DNA from: Tubulanus polymorphus
Taxonomy: Eukaryota; Animalia; Nemertea
Direction of reading: 5' to 3'
Assembly: GCF_964204645.1 (NCBI RefSeq)
Contig: NC_134036.1
Span: 8,422,030-8,486,029, forward strand
DNA: 64,000 bases
Shown: positions 25,880 through 39,239 of the stretch, one piece after another
Layout: every line of letters starts with the position of its first letter
Numbering within the stretch: position 1 is the stretch's first letter
Notes under the pieces: generated by a model
Told to the model about the DNA's origin: nothing
Databases searched by the model: none
Seen by the model: only the letters and a program-made list of their open reading frames with translations
Translations under genes and position numbers: made by a program

Positions 25880-26125
25880 GAGACCTTGAATCACAATTGA
25901 ATGTTGGAACCGAAAACATTGCAAAGACTTCCTGACAGAAGAGCATCTAAACGACTGTAAGACATTCCAAGATCATGCTAAGGAAGTTCGAACAGCCCGG
26001 CTTTTTAAGTATGTAAATAACGTTCAGGACAACGAAAGCTTTATCGGGTGCATAAGTCATTCACTTGATAAAGCTCTGATTGTATTCGGGAAATATTACA
26101 TGAGGAAAGGAAAAGACCTTTAATA
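25880..26125 (+). mobile_element. Possible 3' end of a LINE ORF2 (Cys/His knuckle-like), duplicated at ~39890-40135
   Basis: The frame reads CWNRKHCKDFLTEEHLNDCKTFQDH...YMRKGKDL* and is followed by a (tta)-rich tract at ~26210-26370. Confidence 0.3.
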
Positions 26126-28918
26126 ATTTGGGCTACGAAAGCATAACCTGACGTTGATGAAGTTGATTTTGCACTCAAGCGATTCGCTTTACACTAGATT
26201 TTCAATAAAAATCATTAATATTATCGTTATAACCATTATTTTTATTATTAACCATTTTTGGTGCCTTGTGCAACGCTATTGCTCTAAGGTACTTAGATAC
26301 ATTGAAACGTTATACGTACATTATTTTGATTATTATGAGTATTATTGTTATTATTATGTATTCATTTTAACACATCGATATTTCAGTTAAATCAGCTAAT
26401 TATTAGACCATTAATCATCAGGGTAAACTTAACAAAATCCTCGAGCAGTGACATTTCGTCACATGGACATCAGTTAATTTTAATGAGGACAAATTCAATT
26501 ATTCGAATCTGAGTCTTTTTTCTCTTATAAATAAAAGCTAGTCACACCTCAAATTATCAGAACGAATATCAAATCAAAACGATGTCGCTAATAATTAGTC
26601 ATCATATTTTAGTTTTTTTTATCCCTATTTTGTCGACTAGAAATACCTACATTTTCCAAGCTAGATAAGCAAGGACAACATTTTCTGGAGGTCAAAAAGC
26701 CACTGTTTAATTAACTCGTATCCCTTTCCCTTTCACGACCGAGTTATCAAGGACAACAAAAACCCCTCGTTGCTCCATAGCCATTTTGTATAAACGCTTT
26801 TTGAAAAAGAAAACATGTCCTCTCAATCTACAACAGTGTGTGGGTCCAATTCCTTTTTTCAATGGTTTCATATGGTCTCTGAATCAAGTTCCACAACTGT
26901 GAGGATTGATTCGACTAAATGCATCAACGGCTTCGACACCAACGGCGACATTCAGTTCGAATAGCTATTAAAATGTTATCGCGCAAACCTTCCCCGTTGA
27001 CACCTTCAGAGGTTTTGAAATGACATTTTCGGACTCCGTTTTTTCGCCTTTATTGTAGGATTCTCGTCGTATTAACATCTGGATACGGATGTAGAATTTT
27101 ATCTATGGTGAACTTCGGAAACCAATACAGCAGTTTCAATGGTTAACATCATTTACATTATACATATTCAAAATCGTATGATATATTCTAGTTATCCCAC
27201 ACAAGGCAAAGCAGATTATTTTCAACCGGTATTCTTTGAAAGCGCTTCACTATATGAGCTCGCTCAACTCAAAATGTCGGTTGCATGTAAACTATCTAAT
27301 TTGAAAAAAATATCATTCATTTGCTGCGAAATCACCCTCAACATCGTGTTTAATTAAAAAAAAATAAATAAGATACTTCTCAAGGGTAACTTACACTTTT
27401 TTAAAGATTTTCTACTTTTCACACTAAACGATAGATAATAATATATACAATAAGGCTAGGTGATTTCATGATTGGAAAAATCTTTTCAATCTAGTCAGAA
27501 TTGAGGATTTTGATGTTCGCGCACCTATTCAGTGCTTCTGCAGAACGCGTGGTACTGAGTCTACTAATAGAACTACGTCACTAAAGGCACGGCTCGGAAA
27601 TGATGTCTACAGAAATGAATAGAAAATAAGCTACAAGAGCAATTCAACTTAATTTTATACATATTTGGCGTTCAAATTTAGACAAAATGCCTCTTGATTT
27701 TGAAAGTCGACATATCAATGATTATAATTAGCTACTGAACGTCCACGACAACATCCGTCCAAACGAAGTGCAAAAATAGGATTTGAATAGCAAGTTTAAA
27801 TTCAAATTTAAATGTCATTGAATTGTAATATTAATCCACAATTACATTGCTTTATATTTCAAATATCGCAAGCTGTGAAAATTCATTGATAATACAATGA
27901 TTGGTCGGACAATTAAAAGTCAAGTGCCTTCTAAATAGAATATTGTGTAAAACCTCTTTTCTAAATGTGATATCTGTATTAATGATAAATGCGTTCCGAT
28001 TTCTGATTTTAGTAAAACCATTACTGAGAAATAAGACTTTAACATCGGCTATTTTGACCAGTTTGCCAGACACAGCAGATGCGCGTTTGCTGTGAAAAAC
28101 CCACGATTGCTGACGTCATTGTAGTCAAACACACATTTCCACGCACGTTGTGCAACTGAAGAATAAAGAACTTTTGGTGCGCTCTATGAATACCAAAGCT
28201 ATGGCAAACTAATAGATTTGATTTAAAACAATGAACTTAGCTTTATTAGATAGATTTTAAAATAATCCATGGTGAAATAAGCAGTGTACGCCTGAAATAA
28301 TCCAAAAGTTTCTAGACTCTATTCCCGAACGGCATAATCATCAATCGTAGTGTATTTAATCCATTTAGAAGTTGTTTAGATTCCCAAATTTTTCTGATGA
28401 ACAGCGTTAGTACTGTTATACATAACACAAACATACAATGGATAGCAAGCAGTAGAGCTGAGAATAAAGCGAAGGAATGTTTGTTTGTTGTTTGTCTGGC
28501 AAAAATGACGCACGAATGTGGCGCTGACACGCGGATGCGGCCGAGGTGCATACGCTATATAGGTCAACGATCCAGTTATACAATTTTACTGATTTAAGAC
28601 AAATAAGTGATTTTTTCTATAAGCCCGATCCCAGGTCGTCATGTATATACTTAAACATCATCTGGAAAGTTAATCTCAAAAAGTAGGAATTATAGGGCAC
28701 TTGACACCTATAAAGCACGTTTCATCTATCCATGAATTGCAGTGTTGTAGGGGTCAGTTGCTGTAAGGTTGGTAAGAGTTAACCAGTGGAATTATTAATG
28801 ATTTTCAAAATAACATCGTAGAATGAATATCATTATAATCAAACGAGTTACCGCTGCTGGCATCAGATCATATCTACGTCCACCTATTTGCATGAATTTG
28901 AAATGTAATAAATAAACC

Positions 28919-29098
28919 AAATGACCCGTCCACTTCATGTATTCAAATCTCCATCCATCTATTTGCATGATTTATGAAAGTATTAAATCAAATGACCCGT
29001 CCACTTCATGTATTCAAATCTCCATCCATCTATTTGCATGATTTATGAAAGTATTAAATCAAATGACCCGTTCACTTCATGTATTCATATCTGCCATA
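28919..29098. repeat. 71-bp minisatellite (~2.5 copies); second copy at ~42922-43095
   Basis: aatgacccg recurs at 28920, 28991 and 29062. Confidence 0.85.
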
Positions 29099-31766
29099 AT
29101 TTATTTATTTACATTATTAAGGAATATATACCAAATGAGTCATCGACACACTATCTATTCAGTTTCTTTCGCATTATATCTGCAGTCTTATAAATGAAAA
29201 AAAAAATTGATTTCAACATAAATCGTCATCGCGTTCAGCAGTTTCGAATGCATACAAGCGGGAATTAGTGAATGCTGAATACACGAGACGACGATGAGAA
29301 ATGATGAATATTTGCGTACGAGTAGAATGTTCGTAACAGAAATTTGAATATAATGTTCATACGTTATCGCCGGTCGGTATACAAACCTTAAATGTTACTG
29401 GCAATTTCTCTGTGACAAAAATTCGATTTGAGCTTGATCACAAAATGTAAACCAATGTCTTTAAATACTAGTGCAGAGAACACGCGTTGTGTTCATTCCA
29501 ATAACTAATAGCGACTGCTCAGTTTATTCGGCTACATTAACTTTCACTGGTAGAAACACTCATAGGTTTGTTTTCCATCATTTTCTATGATGGATTTGTT
29601 AATCCTTAAAATCCCCTAAAATCAACAGCGTCCCGGGGCAAGGATCAATTCAATTTATAATTTATTGATAATAGTGCTTATTATCGGCGATCTACAACAT
29701 GCATGAACACGTTTTCAAATACTTCATTAAAACATATTATTGCTTTAATCCAATCTTCGAATTAATATACAAGGAGATCTATGGATCAGGGTTAACAGTA
29801 ATGTAGGAACCAACGTACATATTTCGTGACGAGCGAGTTAAACCTTTGGACTCGTGGACAAAATCAATCTATTAGGATTTCATTTGAAGTAAATAAGGGC
29901 AAAAATTGTTTCTCAATCTTTTCAGAGACTGATTTTGAAGAGGTGGAGAACACAAATGACAGATTTTATCATCGTCTGTGAAGTCTGAGGTGCCCAGGGG
30001 TCACTCCGATCAAGCTTTACCCCACCAATACGATCGCGTTCATTGACAAGTTCTAGATCTAAAATTGCTGACATTTTATAATGAATAATCAAATGAAATC
30101 AACGGAAAAGAGACACAGAATCCAACAGATCGTACTCTTCATTTAGCATTAGATACGTTTGTACTCAGATGACGTGTCTGACCCGAATTGTTTATTCCTC
30201 AGTAACGTCCAAATATTCACCCCGTTAATCTGTCGTCGTCTGCATATCTGTATATTTGTGAATCACGGAATACATGATGAAGTATTGTTTAGATATTTAT
30301 CCCAGTGTCGTCAATCTGCTACCGTGTTCAATTACGACTCACTATTGCCGGGTGAGGGGACGGATGCGCCAGAATAATCAAAAGTGTTTAAAAACTCAAT
30401 ATAGACAATCAACACTGTATTTCTGGTATTCAACCTCGTCACTTCGATGAATAATTTAGAATGAATAGTAGTCCTATCAAAATGTCACTCACACAGTCAT
30501 TTCGATGATAGAAGAAAAACAGCACTTAAACTGTTTGAGTAAAGATGATAGATTGTTATAGGTTTTACTGTAGTTTATTATAGTCACAAATAGTATTTAT
30601 GTAAAGATATAAATGGCCAGTTATGATATTTCTTAAATCTGTGCTCTTTGGTTTTATTTTTAAGTTTCATATAATAATCTTTCTTGGTTATTCATCAATA
30701 AGACTCATTTTGTCATTGGAATATTTAGTTTTAGAATGGGTTCGATTATTTTTTTCGAGAGTATACAGATCAATCTAAGGTTTAGTAGAGAGATATATCA
30801 AAAATCGAGAGCAATTTCCCTTAGTCATTATCCCTCGGATCGTTTTCCCTCCTAAAAAGATCATTTTCTCTCCAAAAATATAATGTTATAAAAAGAAATG
30901 ACTCTTGTAGGTTCACTTTTCTTACTGTTACTCGGTTCAAACCAAACACGTCAGTAATTAGTGAATTTGTGATAATAAGCTGTTCTGGCTCAGTAGCTAT
31001 TCTGAGACATAAACACTACTTGGCCAGTCTTGACGACTGTTTATTAAAACAATGGTGTCAGCCATACTTTTAACAATGAAATAGATGTGTTACAAAATAA
31101 ATGGAATAGGTAAACTCTAAAAGTAAGAATTAATGAAAATGAATATAAAATATAGATTTTTCATCTTTTACTGATGGAAATGATGCCCAAAATGTGGCGC
31201 TTTTAGTAGAAAAGAAGGCGTAGCCATTTTGTATTATCATACTAACGTGCGGTAAATTCAACAATCTCAGAACTAAATTAAATTTGGTAAATATCGGTGC
31301 ATGTGAAATAAGTAGAATTTTCAGTGATATAAGTGGTAAATTGCACGTGATGAATTTGGGGAAGTTTGTTAGGTTTCGAATATTGTGTTTGATTGGTGTT
31401 TGAAAGAACGGTATCTTTTTCCTACAAATTAGTTTTTGTAAATATAATGTTTTCTTTGATTATTTGTTCATTCACAATCACGCCATTTCGTTGTGATAAA
31501 TAGCAAACTCTAACTTTTCTAAAATAAATATACGATGGTCCAACGGATTATACCGCAAAATCCTATTTTTGATGGGTAAACGCGCTGTTATAAATTTGAT
31601 TATCAAAATATGAAGTTTTGGAGGGTAACATGTAACGTATCAAAGGGTAGAATATAATATCTCTGTTGTATAAGCTGAATTTACATTTGTTTTAGACGGT
31701 GACAGATGTCGACTATTCGGTCATTTTGGTGAAATAAGCCTCTTATGATAGATTAAAATCATTGCA

Positions 31767-31804
31767 TATAAGGTACTAGATATACAGCAGTTCAATTATC
31801 ATTC
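31767..31804 (+). promoter_or_regulatory. Putative TATA box and initiator of the toxin-like peptide gene
   Basis: TATAAG at 31767-31772 and Inr-like TCATTC at 31799-31804, just upstream of the ATG at 31827. Conserved in the second copy (~45766-45803). Confidence 0.5.
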
Positions 31805-31826
31805 TCTTCAGAGTCATATTGGTAAC

Positions 31827-32704
31827 ATGAAGGTATGAAGCTAACTGATTAACGTGAGTCTGAAGATTGATCATTACTAACTGCAGTTTCATATCTTTGA
31901 ATCTTTGTTGTATTACAGGTCTTCATTTTGATCGTTGCTGTCGCATTAGTCGTTTCCGGAGTATCTTCTACTGAAGGTAAGTGAACTAATTTTAGAACGT
32001 TAGTCAGCGGTTTCATCTTACTTCATCACAGTGCTTACGTCATTTCGACAAGACTTGTCGGTTTAGGCAACCAAGTACACCTACTATTTCAACGATCCAG
32101 TTGACCAATATAACTGAGTCAAAATGATTATTTGGCCAGTTAATTGTAGGAGATGATTTAATTCTGGAAGAGAATTAACTAGCAGGAATAAACTCATTGA
32201 GTTACACCTGAAAACTTGACAATTCTGTTGGGCATGCAAAAAGTCATAATCAATAATACATTGGAATTAGAACTGGGCGGTAGTTATAGTCAAATTACCT
32301 AAAAACTAGTTATTTGTAAATAAATCCTCATATTTCTGAAACTTCAACATACGTAGGTGATCAATAAATGTGTTTTGACTATTACTGTAAGAACCCGTTT
32401 GACCAGCTAAACCCGCACATGGCGAATTCACAGCTCCATCAATTTTAGTTGAATTTCACCTTGTGGATCTTCGATCGTCTTTGCCGCGATCTTCGGCTGC
32501 CACAACCAACTGCTCAGTTAGTCCTGGATAATTACATTATCATTTTTTTTTCCAGAAATGAGTCTCGAAAGGCGAGAAGTATCGTGCACATGTAGTTCAG
32601 GTGTGACTGGTGTACCTTTCTTTATTTTGGGCTGTGGAAAAGGATTCCATAAATGTGCTCCAAAAAGTTGGTACCATATAGCAACCTGTTGCTCGGACAA
32701 GTAA
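31827..32704 (+). CDS. Beta-defensin-fold / sea-anemone-neurotoxin-like prepropeptide, copy 1 (70 aa)
   Basis: Exons 31827-31832 (MK|gtatga), 31919-31976 (VFILIVAVALVVSGVSSTE G|gtaagt) and 32556-32704 give MKVFILIVAVALVVSGVSSTEEMSLERR-EVSCTCSSGVTGVPFFILGCGKGFHKCAPKSWYHIATCCSDK*. Signal peptide, acidic pro-part, dibasic RR, 6 Cys. AATAAA at 32738. Confidence 0.88.
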
Positions 32705-33079
32705 TGGTGATTTCTATGATAAGCTAATATTAATATGAATAAAGAAAATTTAAGTCATCGAAAAAAATTAGTTTAAGTCTTATATAGAGATTCTTTGCTC
32801 GATGCTGTTTTGTGCTGTTCGAGGCTACTATCGCTGGGCAGGAGTTAAGGGTTAGCTGATATAGAAAGCCTAAAAAGCAAAACGAATCACACTCCTATAT
32901 GTGCTAGATATGGGGTGACCATCTTATTGATACCTTACCTGCTTGTGGGATGAGTATGCCACCCGCGAGTCTGACACGCCTCAGTGTCATTCTTTCATCC
33001 ATTTTGATGTCCACAATCATTCTCGCGTAAGTCGGTTTCATAGGCCACTGAATACTGTACATAACTAATGTGTTTAGCC

Positions 33080-34660
33080 ATCGATAGATGGCACTGTTGA
33101 TGAAGTGGGCGGAGCTTAGGACGAAGTGGGCTGGGCTTTGATCATGACGTCATTCTGACTGCGTTCGTGGCACTAGTGTTTTTATCCTCACAAGAAAGTA
33201 GAGTTTTTGCCGTGATTTTTCTCGGAATCGTCACGATTTTTGAACCAGATGCCGTATTGCATTGGAAAATCTAAAGTGAAGGTTTCAAATAGTTGCTGAA
33301 ACAATGTTTCGTGACCCACTTAATTTGAGGAAGGAAAATGAAAATTTATTGTTAATTTCAACAATGATATCAGACAATTTGACCAGCATCAATAACCCCA
33401 GTGACAGTTGACAAAAATTTGATTCATTTTATGCGCTGATTACCCTCACATCGTTTCAGCGATCGTCAAACTTTTTTTTGGATTAAACCCTGGCTAAAAA
33501 TCATTTTTCTAGCATAGAATCATCAAATATTACAAGAAAATCACTGCATTGGATTCAGTGAGACATTTGAAATTTGAAATTCAATAGATCGCGTCAATCA
33601 CGAGAGGTGCGGGTCTGCACTTTTACCGGAGTCATGTTTATGTCAAGGGTAATGAATACTGGATAACCTTAATAGTTTTGGTCCATGTTATCACTGCGAG
33701 TTTGAAGGCCTGTCCTGCAGCGACGTATGTATTGTACCACCGGTCCAGCCTATTCAGGCTTAGACCTAGACTTACAGCGGCTAAGCAATAAGCTATTGCC
33801 ATGGATTAGAACCCTGAACCGGATGGCTGTTGCATATTTGCGACATAATAGACATTTTTCTTAATTCGTTTGGCATTAAAATGTACGACTTTTCACTTTC
33901 TGATTTTCAAAGTTAACATTAAAGTACATCTCTAGCCGGTTTTGGCTCTGAACAGGTCCTAGCACCATTATACTGTGATATCATTTGTTATTTTCCATGT
34001 TATTTGTTAATCCACTTTAATTATTGAATTGTCAAACTAGTAATGTGACCAATAAAGTTAATTAGAATTTGGTCTGTGCAGACTGTGAATGAATACAGTA
34101 TTCATTAGTATTACTAGGCCTAGCATAAAAACTACTTCCTGGTTCCTGGTGGTTTGTCCGGTAACTTGTAAGCAAACATAAACTGATAAAACGGTAATAT
34201 TCCCTGAAAGTATGCAGATTTGTTGCTAAAATCTTTTTTTGTATGAATTTATGTTACATATATTTGCAGTCAATCAAAGTGCATTGACTCACAGTGCATT
34301 GTTAATAAGGCCTAAGCCCGGGGTTACTTGTCTCCCCTCGAGTCGATGAATCAACCAGGGTCCATTTTCACAAAAATGTTTTATTTCCAACTCATCAGAG
34401 GGGCTTGTCACAATTTGATGGAGGATGGATGATGCCTGTATCCCTATATAAAAAAAGAAAAGGGAGCTAACTAAATCAAATATCGGTACATTACAATCCA
34501 AATTCAATCGACTGTCATTTCCAAAATTTTCAACCGATTTGCACGAAACAAACTGTTATACATACTAGAAGACTTGCCTTTTTTAACGAGCCTATGACTA
34601 TCGCTCTACGATGAATATTGGATTGCATATATATATATATATGCAATCCAGAGACAAAGA
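33080..34660. mobile_element. DNA-transposon-like fragment ending in TGGATTGCA(TA)n; longer version at ~47080-49358
   Basis: Ends in the palindromic junction. Its subterminal segment (49200-49275) is an inverted relative of 50020-50095. The left boundary is uncertain. Confidence 0.45.
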
Positions 34661-37600
34661 AGACACTAACCTACCAAATAAATACAATGCTGTTCGAGTG
34701 GAAAGTTGATATTTATGAAGAAAATGTCGTATTAACAGTTTTATCAGAGAATTGCGAGCGAGCTGGATTTTACATATATGACGGTGGTAAATTCAAAGCT
34801 AGACGCTACGGTCCGTATTGCCCCGGGAATTACTACGGTCGATCCGTCGTAAGTCTGATTACATCTGGGGGATCGGTTACTGTAGTAGGATACGCTTACA
34901 ACGGGGATGATCAGTTGTTAACATCGGTCGATGGAGAATCAGCTCTCATATTTCGTCCTACCGACTGTGACGGGTATGCTTTAAATGAAGAAGAAAGTCG
35001 TGTCAATATGACATCAGACTGTGTCGCGGTTACACAAGAAAACCGACGCCTTCCACCGAGGAACATTTATATATTATCTAAACACGAATATCGAATTGAC
35101 AGTTGTTTTCGTGACTGGTCACGAACTTGTCCTCGGAGATTACGAATTATAAGTAAACTTCTCACTGAAAGCATCGTTTTAAGCACGGTATTCATGCGCG
35201 GTGGGAGTTCGTTCCGGGCAGTACCACTTATAGTGACGCTGCGTCGTAAATGTCTAGGTTCGAAAAAACCTGTCGAAACATTGGAATTTACAAAAAACAG
35301 AGGTTCATTAACAGCCGACGACAAATGCGGACTGGTTGAATCGCCGAACTACCCGGCAAGGGCAGGACGTGCATCGGTGCCTCTATATTATACGTTTTCG
35401 AATACCCAACCTGACAACCAATTTCGATTTTACAGTTTCGTCCTGAAATCTATAGAATCGATTAGTTGCACCGCAAACGTCTTTGTGGAAAAAAGCCCGA
35501 TACTTTTCATTCAAGAGATATTATGGGCAAACATTCGAACCCTCAGTCGTATTACCATATGCGGAGATATGGCAACGCTAGAACTTGTAATGCACAGTTT
35601 AACTGATACTCGCTTGTATTTCGAAATAAAAAATATGATTTCAAATTTTCAAATACAATACATTTTACACCAGTCATTAGCGATGGGCTATTCCAATGGT
35701 GCTCAGTGTCAACAAGGATTTCTAGATTCGGGAATTTCATGCGTTAAATACATCAGCGATGGACGTCTGAATTGGGAGAATGCTGAATTATACTGTGGAC
35801 AGAAGTACGCGGGACATCTACTCAGTATCAACTTAGAAGAGGAAATGATTTCTATTAAATCATTATTCGCTTCAAAGCTTCTTAAACGGGTATATTCACA
35901 GAAAGCGCCCATAATGATGATTGGATTAAAACTGCAGGTAACTTCGTAAACAGCTTCTATTTTTTAAAATGTTCCTATCAATTAATTTAATATTTTTTAA
36001 AATATTTTTAGCCCTCATCTGGTTATTACACGTGGACTGATGGGAAACCATTGAGCTACGCAGAGTGGTATAAACCTACAAATAACGACACGATACCGGA
36101 AGTTATTCGTGGATTGATATCTCCTCAAAGAATACAACCGATAAATGACATCAATATGCCGTGTACAGCGATGATACTTAACAATCCACGAGGATCAGCG
36201 AACTGGGTTCGATTCCCCTGCGAAATCGAGGAGGTTCATACGGGCTTCGTGTGTGAATCAGAAAGAATCGACATCGTCGATTGGAAGAGTAAAATTCGAA
36301 ATAAAACAGTTGAAACATCGAATTTAACGTCGAGCTGTATGATTGGTTGGGTAAGCGTAGATAGAAAATGTCATCAAATACTAACAGACTGGAACAAACA
36401 TCGAGGTTTAGATACGAAAACTGCGACAGAGATGTGTCATGGCATCAAAGGCGAAATACGTGCTGCGATAACCAGTTACACAGAAAACGACACAATAAAC
36501 GTAATAAGAACATTTCATTTTCAATATCAATATGGCTCTATACTAACGATGACGTCTTACGGCAGACTGCTAGTAATACAACCAGTAATCACTAGAGATA
36601 AAATTACTTATATTCAATCAGTTAAATGGATGAATAAACAGTTTGATAATGCGACGGATACAGCGCATTCTGTTTTGTGTTCGTACAATGTAACTAATGA
36701 AGACCTAGCTTCAATAAGCGGTTGTAAATCGTGGCAGTTTAAATGTAACGATCAAAGATGTATCAGCGACCATCGCGTATGTGATACCAGAAACGACTGT
36801 GAACACGGTGAAGATGAACTCAATTGTACGGACATCGATTTTCACAGTCAATTTCAATGCGATGATGGTCGAGTTATATCAATAAGTGGTTTCTGCGATT
36901 TCATACAGGATTGTGTGGATGGTTCTGATGAAAACTCATGTTCGCATCATTCGTGTTTGTCCGAACAATTTCGTTGTACCAGTGGTGAATGTGTCAGTGG
37001 GTCGAACAGATGTGACGGAATCACTAATTGTAAGGACAGTTCCGATGAAATGGGATGCACCACGCAACTATGTCAGGGTTTCTTGTGTAACAGTGGAGAC
37101 TGTATCAGTTCTCAGTTGTATCAAGATGGTGTTGTGGATTGCAGTGGAAGCCTCGAAGAAGATGAAGTAGTAACAACTACTAATGTTACTGCGAATCCAA
37201 CGATACATTGTGATGCTGAGAACCGCTGTACGACTAACTTCACAAATCTCTGTGCGGAATCTGCGGAACAAAGATGTTCCTTCAATTCTCCGCATTGTTA
37301 TTCAAGACGTCACAGATGTATTCTAGAAATAATGACAAATGGTTTCCCAGTTTGTAGAAATCTTGAACATCTATTGAGATGTGAAGAATTCGAATGTCCA
37401 GCTGGCACCATTAAATGTCCAGCATCGTACTGTATACCGATCAGGCAGGTATGCGATGGTCGTGCAGATTGTCCTAATTCAGAAGACGAGCAAAACTGCA
37501 ATACATTTTCATGTCCAGGAATGTTCAAATGTGGTCAGGAAAATCGATGTATTCCACAATCTGAAGTTTGCGATGGTCACGTGCATTGTAAATTTACGAT

Positions 37601-39239
37601 TGATGACGAGGCTTTCTGTGACGTCACGTGTCCCAAAAGCTGTAAATGTCAAGGACATTTAATCAATTGTGGAAATACCGGTTTGACAGATATAACTGGT
37701 TTTTTCCCGGCATCAACTCGAGTTCTGATCTTGTCCAATAACCAAATTCATTTTAAGATATCGACATTTCATATGCTTGTCTACCTCTACGTTCTCAACA
37801 TATCCTGCAATGAATTGTTTCACATTTCACCAAATTCGTTCTCGAACCTGCATAATCTACATTTTTTGGACCTTTCATTTAACAACATTACATCACTATC
37901 CGAAAATACATTTGCCGGTTTGTACAGTTTGAAAATTTTAATCATAACTGGAAATCCGTTGAGATATTTTGAAGAAGGCAGTTTTCTTGGATTGAGTTCG
38001 CTTAGAAGTCTTGATCTTCACGGACTATCTCTGTTCGCTATAGGGGAACATGTTTTCAAAGGTCTTTTATCATTAAAATATTTAAACATCAGCGGTAACA
38101 AGATCTTGTATATCTCAATATACGCCTTTTCTGGATTGAATGAACTTAAAATCCTCGATATCACAGACAATTCCAGAATAATTTCTGTCGACAGAAATGC
38201 GTTTGAAAATCTGACCTCATTAGTCTCCCTAACGTCTGATGCTTACAAATTTTGCTGCATGGCTTCGGGCATTGCCCACTGCCTTCCCGAAGCTGATCAA
38301 TTTTCCTCCTGTTCTGATCTGATGGGTAGCACAGTTCTTAGAGCTACCATCTGGGTCATTTCCGCGTTTACATTTATTTTAAATAACATTGTCATTTTAT
38401 TTCGTTTTCGGTCAATTCAATTTTCGTCCCGCAAAACGAGAAACACATCATCTGACGTACTTATCATCAATATCGCAGTTTGTGATTTTCTGATGTCGAT
38501 TTATTTATTTTCGATCGCGGGAGCAGATTACGTTTATAAGGGAGTTTATTTCCTTAATTCAGAAACCTGGACGAACAGTTCATTGTGTAGTTTCGCTGGA
38601 GTTATGGTGACGCTAGCCTGTGAAGGCTCGTTGACCTTTCTGTGTATTCTAACGCGTCATAGATTCTCCAATATAGTGAATCCATTGTCTGGGAGTCCGA
38701 TAACATCACCGAGATTTGTTTCCATCATTTGTTCGCTTAATTGGATAATCATAGGATTCTTTTCATTAATGCCACTTGTATTGTCGTCTTATTTCGGCCA
38801 CAATTTTTACGGTACTACTGGAGTTTGTTTACCCATGAATCTAATAACCATTGATGTCGATGCCTGGCAATATTCATTCGCTATTTTTGCAATGTTTAAC
38901 TCTGGCATACTCGCAACAATAATGGGGACTTATGCGCAAATGTACAAACTCGTATCTAGAAGCAGGTCTGGTTCGGGTAGAATTGATCCTACAGAACTTG
39001 TTTTAGCGCGCAGGAGTTTGGTTATAAATCTTTGTAATTTATTTTGCTGGCTGCCGATAATAACCGTCCAGGTTTGCGTGGTATTCCGGGTAGAGATACC
39101 AAATCAGGTGGCGGCTTGGCTGGCGGTTCTTTTCCTACCGATCAACTCGTCCCTCAACCCCCTTCTTTATACAATACTGTCTATCGATATGAAAGCCGTA
39201 CGTGCGAAAACTAAACGTAGGCAAAATTTTAGACCTTAA
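34657..39239 (+). pseudogene. GRL101-like: 5'-truncated duplicate of GRL101-like paralog A (lacks exon 1 and the start of exon 2; remaining frames intact)
   Basis: The exon-2 remnant 34657-35937 and exon 3 36012-39239 are open, with about 10 aa differences from copy A. The ORF-track N-terminus [12 protein letters not shown] comes from the TA junction. Confidence 0.85.

Noticed and set aside
28312-28563. Hydrophobic minus-strand ORF with a nearby TATA-like motif as another secreted peptide
   Set aside because: No suitably placed ATG and no downstream in-frame exon found
29920-30390. Minus-strand exon-like segments
   Set aside because: The candidate splices I tried give immediate stops; no recognisable motif
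34618-34656. [12 protein letters not shown] as the N-terminus of receptor copy 2 (also at 49317)
   Set aside because: Starts at TTG inside the TA palindrome junction; not a credible start or signal peptide
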